Of a DNA stretch of 24,624 nucleotides, positions 11,449 through 20,329 are shown piece after piece. The notes under the pieces were generated by a model, which was not told the DNA's origin, did no database searches, and saw only the letters and a list, made by a program, of their open reading frames with translations. The stretch lies in assembly GCA_024626585.2 (NCBI GenBank), contig JANKJI020000002.1:44635656-44660279 (forward strand), written 5' to 3'. A program made the translations under genes and the position numbers. This DNA comes from Ginkgo biloba (taxonomy: Eukaryota; Plantae; Ginkgophyta). The first letter of the stretch is position 1; each line of letters opens with the position of its first letter.

Positions 11449-11572
11449 TGGACTGGAGGCTTCACCGAGGGCGTTCTATATAATAGTTGGAGCAACATCA
11501 GCATCTTCTGTATTTGTTGGTCTAGGACTTGTCTTGATGTTCCGTAAATTTCTTGATAAGCGACGTGCCCAG
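11449..11572 (+). CDS. MRS2: Exon (S)GLEASPRAFYIIVGATSASSVFVGLGLVLMFRKFLDKRRAQ: loop, TM2, basic cluster
   Basis: TGCAG| ... CAG|GTTTGG; SGLE loop, hydrophobic TM2, then basic RK..KRR residues. Confidence 0.94.
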
Positions 11573-11658
11573 GTTTGGTATCCATTTTTATTCATTGTAT
11601 ATAAGGCAATCCGTTTTATCTTGAGCAATCATTCAGCTTTTGAAATTTTCAATTTCAG

Positions 11659-11734
11659 GATCTTGCAGCTTTACAAGATCTTCTGAGCCATATTGATGAC
11701 ATTGATAATATTTTCCAAGTTTTGGCATCCAAAG
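11659..11734 (+). CDS. MRS2: Exon DLAALQDLLSHIDDIDNIFQVLASK(G): post-TM2 helical extension
   Basis: TTTCAATTTCAG| ... AAAG|GTACTC; open, amphipathic, follows an 86-nt intron. Confidence 0.9.
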
Positions 11735-12763
11735 GTACTCTATCATACTTAATTCTGTCCATTGCATGTTTCATATCCTGTATATCTAGCTCAGAGACAC
11801 TCTGCACAAAAACCAGAGATTGTGAACTAAACATAAGGATTCAATCTTCTATTCTTATGATTAGATGAGGGATTGCGAATTCAATAAAGTACATTATCTC
11901 CTGTGCATTTAGGATCTCCAATACAAGGAAGCTAGTAGTGCATCTTTTCTGTTTCTTGTCTTACGCAGCTCTCATAATTATTAGATATATTCTTTGCTTT
12001 GTCTTTTGTTGAACCTTTTGGTTTGACTAACTTTACCATATTTTGTAAGTTCTAAGAGCAGCCATTTCTGGCTAAATAAATTAATTTTATTGACAAGGAA
12101 AAAATAATGTTTCAATGCAAAGTGAAAATTTTTAGCGTAAAGTCTGTTTCTTAATGCATTATTTTCCATTATTACAATATTGCAGGATTGCATATTTATT
12201 TTTGTTTGTATGGTGAATTGTATGTATCAGGGACTGCATACTGTAAAAGAAACTGAACCAAGTATCCTAGGTGATGTGAGGCTCTGGTTCCCCAGATTGG
12301 ATATCGTTTTGGATGCCAACAGGTCTATGTACTGTAGCATGTGTTAGTGATGTGACCCAACTAGAATCAAATTAGTGGGAAAAGACACTTGTAACCACTT
12401 TCTAGTCATACGATGTGCAAGTTTTTGAAATGGCTTCATAGCTAGTGGAAGTCAAACATACATTGCTGTGAAAACTACCCATACATAGGATGCCCTATGT
12501 TGAGGAATTCATGCCGATTTTATAATATGACATGCCACCATGTTGTTATGAGAAATCATTGGACAGGAGCCATTTTTGTTGTCAAAATGTTTTGGAGGCA
12601 GAAACAGCTCTGGTACTAGTCTAGTGGGATCTAATTACAAAGTACAATAGTGGAAACTTCCATGAGGTATTTCTCATGATCCTTCCTGCACACAGAATGT
12701 ATTGCTTAGATAGGAAGGTGACCTATGGTTTCATTGACTTAGCTCTTTTCTTCTTGTGACTCG

Positions 12764-12883
12764 TCATCTTCCGTTGACCCTTCACCTTCTAATCACCTTT
12801 ACTTCCAATGACTTGTCACCTCTCTTGACACTTTACTTTCTGGTAATTCTTTACCTTCCATTACCTTTCATCTTCCAATGACG
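12764..12883. repeat. Degenerate ~17-18-bp pyrimidine-rich tandem repeat (TTCAYCTTCCAATGACC-like), about 7 copies
   Basis: Recurring tcatcttccgttgacc / ttcaccttctaatcacc / tttacttccaatgact / tttaccttccattacc / ttcatcttccaatgac. Confidence 0.7.
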
Positions 12884-13362
12884 ATGCTAGACCTAGGTCA
12901 ATGGTCAGGTATTGTTGTGTATTGAGACTCTAAATAGCAGTTACATTGCAACTACATGCATCCATCTATCCCTGAATTTTGCCACTAAAAATAAACCCAC
13001 CAGGCTTGAATGGGTCTAAATTCATGATTGAACATTATTTGTTCTTTGTAGTGCTGAATGGAGTGAGAAATATTATCTTCAAAGGTTCATTTTTACATAT
13101 AAGCTTAGTAGGAATTCAAGGACTCTTCCACTTGTCGCTTCCTTGTTTTGATAGTAAAGCTGGATCTTTTGTTGGAGCATCTCAACTAACAAAATTGATT
13201 CAAAATGAATCAAGAATCTCAATATCTAGTTATCTTGTCAAGCATGACTTCTTCATCTACTATGAAGGGGCTAAGATGAGCAAGCCAAAGCTGTGTGGCT
13301 GCAAGGCTTAAATTTTTTGTTTGCACGACATTTGGCATTACAGGATAGGAGGTGAAAAACTG

Positions 13363-13563
13363 AGGGTGAAACCTATCAAGGAAATCCCTTTTCCATTAGG
13401 AAAGAAATAAGTTCAATATTTCTTCCAAAAGATCAATTTATTAGGAAGATTTATCCTTGGATTTGTGCTAGTCCCCTTACTAATTAATAAGTGGCTAAAA
13501 AACAAGGTGAGGTTAAAATTTGGAAAAGAGGCCAAGAAGGCCTTTAAAGAAATCAAGAAGTTA
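13363..13563 (+). mobile_element. Ty3/gypsy RT thumb/connection fragment
   Basis: RVKPIKEIPFPLGKK*VQYFFQKINLLGRFILGF...LINKWLKNKVRLKFGKEAKKAFKEIKK matches the P.xKKxxQSFxGxINFxRRFIPNF...LKK..F.W..E...AF..IK consensus. Confidence 0.75.
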
Positions 13564-14539
13564 TTCTAACAACTTTTGTAAATATTGTATATATCATGTT
13601 TTAGTTCTTATTTTTAGTTGTCTTCTTATTGAGGTAATAAGTTAATTATTTTAATTTTGCATATCTCGTTGGGGGTAACACAAAATAAGGAGGGCACTTG
13701 TTGACACCTAATTTGTAATCAATTAAAAAGTAATNNNNNNNNNNNNNNNNNNNNNNNNNNNNNNNNNNNNNNNNNNNNNNNNNNNNNNNNNNNNNNNNNN
13801 NNNNNNNNNNNNNNNNNNNNNNNNNNNNNNNNNNATAAACATATGCATTGCACTGTGATGACTCATATTTTATAAATGAATATCATTAGCATGCAAGGCT
13901 GTTAGGCAGGACTGTTAAAGTTTGTATTAGACATCGGCTGAGTAGGTTCTAGAAATAGAATCTAAGATCCAAAAACTCTAGAGGCCATGAAGGTCGAGAT
14001 TAGGAAACTACAGGGAAGACAACCTCCTGCAAACCCATTCTTAGAAAGTCTATGGTTGTTTGTGTGTGTGTGCCAAAAGTGATTGTTGTTAGAATCTAGA
14101 TGTTATGATTTGTTACATCCATACACCCAACTCTCTTTGTTTGTGTTGAATGCAATTTGCATCGCATGTTGTAATTTCATCTGCAACGGGTTTGAAACAC
14201 GTGATGAAAGATATATTGATCGAGATTGTGAGGGTCTGCAAAGGAGCAAGGTACTATCAATACAACATTTAGACTAATTGAAGATGATTACAAGTAGGGA
14301 CAACCCTTTATTATAGAAATAAGGTGCCTTCTTATATAGGAATGGCAGTTGTTAAATCCCATACATAATTGTGCCCAATGTTCTATTCTCATTATCTTAA
14401 TTTGACACTTAGCCTTAATATCACTCTAAGCATGTATGCCCATAAACATCTATGCACATCATTTTATTAGATTCGTTGCTTATATTAAGTGAGGCTGAAT
14501 ATATTTTTCTACGACTAATAGAAAGAAGGTGAAATTGCA

Positions 14540-14790
14540 ATCACATATTGAGAGATACATGCTTTTATGAACACAATTACTTTTCTTCATCAAGTGATTG
14601 AGTTATGAAGTAACTTTTGCATTGCGTAAGATCTAGAATTACCCTCTTATCCACTGAAGCTTGTCTGCAACAATGTTGTTCTTATTTGTGAGCCTTTCAC
14701 ATTGATTATGAAATGTGGCCAAGCACTCAATCACACTTGGATAGATGCCAATGTAGACACTTTTGGAGAGCTAGCACCTTTAGAGTATGG
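14540..14790 (+). repeat. LTR-like direct repeat, homolog of 15970-16225
   Basis: Collinear shared blocks TTATGAAGTAAC, CAACAAT, GAGCCTT, ATTGATTATGAA.TGTGGCCAAG, AGATG, TTTTGGA, CACCTTT. Confidence 0.8.
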
Positions 14791-15188
14791 GATAGATAGC
14801 CCGTAGGGCCTATGGTGAGGCCTTATCACTAGCTTCTTTCCAACTACCATCCATGTATAGACGGGAAAGCCTTAATAGAAACAAGGTGCTTCTTTGTACA
14901 TGGATGGCAGTTATTGAATCCTATACATGTGCTCATGTTCTCGTATTTTCACCATCCTACTCACATACTCAACCTAAAGGTTACTCTAAGAGTGTACATC
15001 GTAAAAATGTTTGTCTACATCATTGCATTGACATTAGTTAAGACTTAACATTTATTCTATGAGGAAGAGTCTTTTTCGATGATTTCTCNNNNNNNNNNNN
15101 NNNNNNNNNNNNNNNNNNNNNNNNNNNNNNNNNNNNNNNNNNNNNNNNNNNNNNNNNNNNNNNNNNNNNNNNNNNNNNNNNNNNNNNN

Positions 15189-16320
15189 AAGCACTTGGGA
15201 TGAAAGTTTATCTTACATTCAACATGCATATAACCGAGCCTTGCATAGCTCAACGAACCATAGCCCATTCATGACATGTTTTGCTTTTTAGCCTATGGCT
15301 CCATTAGACATAGCATTTAAGGCTCCAATAACTACCACTTCACCTCAAACACTGAAGCAGCAAGATAAAGATGAGAGATTTATAGCTCACATTTAGATAA
15401 TACACAAGGAGGTGGAATCAATTCTAACTCGCATGCAGATGAAGTACAAGCAAAGGCATGACAAGCATAGAGGCAATCATGATTTTTTGATTGGTGACAA
15501 GGTATAGCTACACTTGCACAAAGACCACTTCAAAGGACAGAATAAGAAGATGTTGCCAATCAAATATGGGCTTTACACAATTATGAAAAAGGTCAATGAC
15601 AATGCCTTCAAGCTAGATATACCATAATATCTTGTTTTACATCTAGTCTTTAACATAGAATTGTTCAAGCCCTATGTAGCCCCCCTTATTGAAGAACTAG
15701 ATAGTCTACCAAAAGTGCCAAGGGATTTAGAGCCAGATTTTATGACCCCCATGCCCAGCATTCAAATTTTGGAGGCTCGAATGAAGCAAATTTGGCCAAA
15801 GGAAATTCCCTTGTTCAAGATTGCGAAAGCAAGGCAATATTCGTACCATATGAACTGGTATTCAAAACAGCAAATAAAGTCAAATTCCCACTGTTGCATG
15901 AAGAAGCAATAAGGGACCATCTCTCTCCAACAAGGAACACATGATCTAAGAGTCCTTGGGTCAAAATTTCAATTGTATATACAAGAGCTTCATGTATTTA
16001 TGCATGCAACTTGATTCTCTTCAACAAGTTATTAGCAAGAATTATGAAGTAACCCCTCCACTAGGTGAGATCCTAGATTATCCCCTTGTCCAATACAAAC
16101 ACGCATCCAACAATATTCCTTTTAGTTGCGAGCCTTCCATATTGATTATGAATGTGGCCAAGTCCTCGATTACATTGGGAAAGATGGCAAAGTTTTGGAT
16201 AGTCAACACCTTTTAGAAAAGTATTGTTCCAATTATTGAGTAAGTTGCTCATGGTGTTTTCATTTGTGGTTGTTGCGTGCTTGATCCCCAAGGTCAAAAT
16301 TTGGATTAAAATCGAAACAN
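15189..16320 (+). mobile_element. Ty3/gypsy 3' end: integrase C-terminal half plus probable 3' LTR (from about 15943)
   Basis: TWDESLSYIQHAYNRALHSSTNHSPF...KYKQRHDKHR..DFLIGDKV*LHL...KKMLPIKYGLYTI..KVNDNAFKLDIP*YL.LHLVFNIELFKPY is the integrase core end plus GPY/F module, with internal stops. Confidence 0.92.
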
Positions 16321-16659
16321 NNNNNNNNNNNNNNNNNNNNNNNNNNNNNNNNNNNNNNNNNNNNNNNNNNNNNNNNNNNNNNNNNNNNNNNNNNNNNNNN
16401 NNNNNNNNNNNNNNNNNNNAACTATTTTTGTTGTTTGTATACATTGTTATAAACAATATGAGCCTGAAATCTGTAATCTATTCAGATAAATTAGTGTAAA
16501 CTACTGAAAACCCTAAGAAGGGGAAAACAACTCATATAGAGTAGGGTGACTCCATTTGATGGTTCTAAATGATGCATTTATGTGTATTTATGCTTCTATG
16601 ATGCAAGATAATTGTATTTAACACAAGAAATCATTCCTTTGGCAAAATATGCAGATAAT

Positions 16660-17100
16660 CCCCTACTTGACTGCAAAACCCTAGGGACTTGTCTAGGGTA
16701 GCATGGCATTAACCGGATTCCTGCTAGGGGATTAGTATCCCTGACCAAAGGCACCTCTTTTTGACTATTCTTTTGCCCTAAGCATGCATTTAGTATGCGC
16801 CGACTGGCAATGGGTCGTAGGTACCTAATGAGGGGCTAAGTTGGTGCTCAGGGTTTTACCCTCATTATCGGTTCTATACATTGGTGCAGCCATAGGGTTT
16901 GGTGACTATACCAAAAATAAATATAAATAAATAAATTGCTAGTAGGGGTGGATATCCTAGCTGCTAGGATTATCCCGGTGTCAAAGAGAGGTTGAATCAG
17001 ACCTATGCCTGTCAGCCATTCTATGTTGGGTGAAGGTGTGGAGTCAGATTAGTCATAGCGGCTAGGTGTTGATGATATGTGTCTTCTGCAGCCAGAGGTT
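16660..17100 (+). repeat. Repeat of the same family as 1240-1800 (LTR-like), intronic
   Basis: Collinear shared blocks as listed for 630-1942. Confidence 0.75.
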
Positions 17101-17403
17101 TGGTGTCAACATAGTAAGCGCTTTTAGACGGTCCGCATAGCCAACAAGCCAACAATAGGTGGCTAGGGTCAATGCTGCAAGTTGACCTTAGTTCTAAAAG
17201 TTTCTTTTTTGAAACCTGTCATTGTACAGTATTTCACATGCTGCTATCATAAGTGAACAGAAATAAATACCTACAATGTATGAGCATATGTATTATTGCA
17301 TTTTGATTGCTGAAATCAATATCTGACTTATGTGTGCAAGTTGCCTTGCCTATGCCTCTATAATGATGTCTTATTTGCAGATCTAAATAGTTCTTTGATG
17401 CAG

Positions 17404-17495
17404 GTTTAGAAGGCGACACTGTTACAGCCTTGACCTTGACTTCCTCACAAATTGATGATGTACTACACATTGCCAAGAAAAATGTGTTGTCTCAT
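17404..17495 (+). CDS. MRS2: Exon (G)LEGDTVTALTLTSSQIDDVLHIAKKNVLSH
   Basis: TTCTTTGATGCAG| ... CAT|GTAGTT; converts phase 1 to phase 0 exactly as needed to join the flanking exons; same frame as ORF 17430-17612. Confidence 0.78.
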
Positions 17496-18921
17496 GTAGT
17501 TCTTTGCTTGCCCAACAAAGCTAACGAGCTTCTTGATCTGAATACAATGTTAAATGGGAGCGCTTTTAAAACTGATATCTTTAAGTGCAATAAAACAACT
17601 ACTATTGTTTAGATCTCCATGTTCCTTCTTCGCAAAGGCCTGATTTTTCAGATTAAGGGGCATTGAGCTTCCAGGAGTATTAAATCCAGGTTGTTGCAAT
17701 AGGTAATGAGACCTCTGATCTGCTACATTATCCACCTCCATGTGATTAGACAGGCTCCCTCCATGTGCAAGTAATTGCTTCATTTAACAGCCATGTCTTC
17801 CAAGCATACCTGTGATCTGAAGATTGTTTCAAGAATATCATTCTTCATATATAAGCTCCGCTATGTTTTGATGTACTATTTCTAACCAACCAGTCCCCTA
17901 AAAATTGAGTTGTATCTTATGACAGGGTTAAATGATTTCCCTCAATGTAAGATCCAAATAAATTTGCTAGGCTGTTTCTCCTGACGTGAATGCATTTGTA
18001 AGGATAAGCACGTACACTTGGAATGAAATATGAATTCGCATCTCAACATGGTTGGGAGGACTCCTGCAAGGAAACGGGCGAGATGAGTTCTTAGAAGCTG
18101 ACCCTTTATGTTTATTAATGGCTTTTATTTACACTCCAAAAGGAGATTAGTATCCTCTTCTCAAATTTTGACAGAATTTAAGATATAGATTTGTCTTACA
18201 ACAAAGAATCAAGTACAACTATCAAAGTTTGAAAATTTATATATCAAGTACTGCTATTTTGAAGATGGGCATAGAACTAGACAAGCTTGTGTTTGAACAA
18301 TTTTGGCATCAGAAGGGAGACTTTGATTCAAACTCATATTTGCTAGAGATTAGGAAGCATGATTCTTCTGCCAGTCTTTCTTTGCTTCTGGGCATGATTG
18401 TTTTCTCTTGAAAAAGTGCTGCTTCGTATATAGTTCTCGAATTCTACTTGGACCTAACAACTATCAGTTATTCTTATACATGCATTTCAGCTGAAGAGTA
18501 TGTCATTTCTGAGCCTTGACGTCTTCACTCTTATTCAATTGTAATATGAAAATTCTGATATACCAGGTTTCAATTCGAATTTGTTGTTCATGCCAGCTAT
18601 TGCTTAAGGACTAAAATGATGCTCTTTTTTATTTTTAATATTTAATCTCACTGCACTTGTCTTTTGTGTTCAATTTCACATTTTTTCTTGACTTTATTAA
18701 ATGCGATAAAGACCTCTCTCCCCAACAAATGAATTTTGCTAGAAATGTTTCAGAATTTTGGTGCTTTAAAGAAGTTTATTTTTACAAATATGAATAGCTG
18801 TCTGTAGCTCTTTGTTTTTTTAATGGGCTTGGAATATAAAGGTCATGAAAAATTAAAGATACTATTGGTCAATGAAAAAATCATTAACACCATGTCGTGA
18901 AATACTGTGTTTTATGTGCAG

Positions 18922-18978
18922 AGAGAAATTGACTTGATGTTCCGTATGTTTGACAACAATCGGAACGGCCAACTTGAG
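18922..18978 (+). CDS. MRS2: Exon REIDLMFRMFDNNRNGQLE: EF-hand entering helix and loop positions 1-9
   Basis: TTTTATGTGCAG| ... GAG|GTGGGT; 57 nt; FxxFDxNxNGxL pattern. Confidence 0.9.
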
Positions 18979-19125
18979 GTGGGTTTTTCATGGCATTCTG
19001 TAAAATTAATGACAGGAGACATGTTTTCCCACCAATAGCTTGTATTATCTTATTTGATTATAAAGTCATTGATGTGTCACTTCTATTCTACAACACATAG
19101 CATAATATTCTACCTTCATGTACAG

Positions 19126-19167
19126 GCTCGTGAGTGGAATGCAGTAGCACGACGACGCTCAAGGTGA
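19126..19167 (+). CDS. MRS2: Terminal coding exon AREWNAVARRRSR*
   Basis: TGTACAG|GCT CGT GAG TGG ... TGA; supplies the position-12 Glu and aromatic position 13 of the EF-hand. Confidence 0.88.
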   Translation, partial: AREWNAVARRRSR

Positions 19168-19791
19168 AAATCACCAGGCCAAGCTTGTGGAATGACTATT
19201 TTCTAGAGCCAGTGGGACCAAGGATTAGGATCCCAACCCGATGGTGCACAGCACAGCATCACATCCAACTTAACAATGTCATTCTAATGGAAGCAGTAAA
19301 TTCTCAAAGAAGAATGGCATCCCCTAATGAATTGATGAAGCTGATATACTACACCACAAACTAAGAAAACAGGAGATCTGATTCTACATTAGAGGCCAAG
19401 CTGTAATAGAGATCTGCAATGTACAATCAAGGGTCAAATAGTAGCTTCTGTTTGTTATTCAGAATGTGGCAGAAGGCACTGCAATGGTTGGAGTACCTTG
19501 TCAAGAGAGTGATCAAACCACATTAAATATGACTGTAGATCAAAGCATAGGGATGAAGCATTTTAGTGTTTAGAATTAGCAATACCCCTATGGTGATAAT
19601 TTAAGTGTAGTGAGCACTGTTTATGCTGGCCATGTATTATATTCCAACTGTTATGAAATCATTAATATTGAGAAGATGGTGTTATATTTAGCAGGTCTTG
19701 AAGCTGCTGTTCTCGGCTTATTGCCAAAGTGTACTGTGTTTTGCACCAGAGAGTGCTTTGCAGTGTGTATGGATGGTTGGCATTCGGTTCA

Positions 19792-19814
19792 CTCTCTCTC
19801 TCTCTCTCTCTCTC
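19792..19814. repeat. (CT)11 microsatellite
   Basis: Direct reading. Confidence 0.95.
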
Positions 19815-20329
19815 CAATGATGTACATGCTAAAAGAANNNNNNNNNNNNNNNNNNNNNNNNNNNNNNNNNTGATCAGAGCCCAGGTTCGTGTAGTTGGCT
19901 ACACTCATCTGTGGTGTAATGGCCTTTTTTTATTGTAACCATGTTTGGGCATTCACAACCATCTAGCCATTAGATACTAGACCAAAACCATTTAATTGCA
20001 ATGTTCATAAACATACATAGATGATTTCAAAAGATAATGACTATGGAGCAGAGTGTTGTGACTGTTTGGCTTTAGGCTACAATTATTCAATTTTATAAGC
20101 AGATAAATTATGAAGCAGTGTTACAAATCTTTGGATTTGGATGATAGAAAGTCTAAGCAACGGCTGAAGCGAAGNNNNNNNNNNNNNNNNNNNNNNNNNN
20201 NNNNNNNNNNNNNNNNNNNNNNNNNNNNNNNNNNNNNNNNNNNNNNNNNNNNNNNNNNNNNNNNNNNNNNNNNNATGAACAAAGGGAGAAGTTATTTGTT
20301 ACAAGAACTCAAATTAAGAAGAGTTTTCT

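Larger units (their letters stand above)
3902..19167 (+). other. MRS2: Multi-exon gene: MRS2/MGT (CorA superfamily) magnesium channel with C-terminal EF-hand; start codon probably inside N gap 3531-3901
   Basis: Spliced exons from 5386 onward give VLGSDDALTALCLERSENPPTYPRKGSQPFAEQDKLRRAAADIILTYQRQVDDAGGVVEELRKGIESAQEVWELTLDTTRNKIIRMNLFISMAALSFSLATVPASFFGMNVISGLEASPRAFYIIVGATSASSVFVGLGLVLMFRKFLDKRRAQDLAALQDLLSHIDDIDNIFQVLASKGLEGDTVTALTLTSSQIDDVLHIAKKNVLSHREIDLMFRMFDNNRNGQLEAREWNAVARRRSR* (729 nt, all GT-AG, phases compatible). LDxxRN stalk, TM1-GMN-loop-TM2 are diagnostic of MRS2/CorA. Confidence 0.93.

Noticed and set aside
12231-12270. Exon-like segment (TATCAG|...TAG|GTGATG) in the long intron
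   Set aside because: In the required phase 1 it hits a stop after 8 codons; such splice-like pairs are common by chance.
17550-17783. 77-aa antisense ORF inside an intron
   Set aside because: No recognisable motif or exon structure; length is within chance expectation.
18491-18566. Exon-like segment with TTTCAG acceptor and CAG|GT donor
   Set aside because: In-frame TAA, and not needed for phase continuity.
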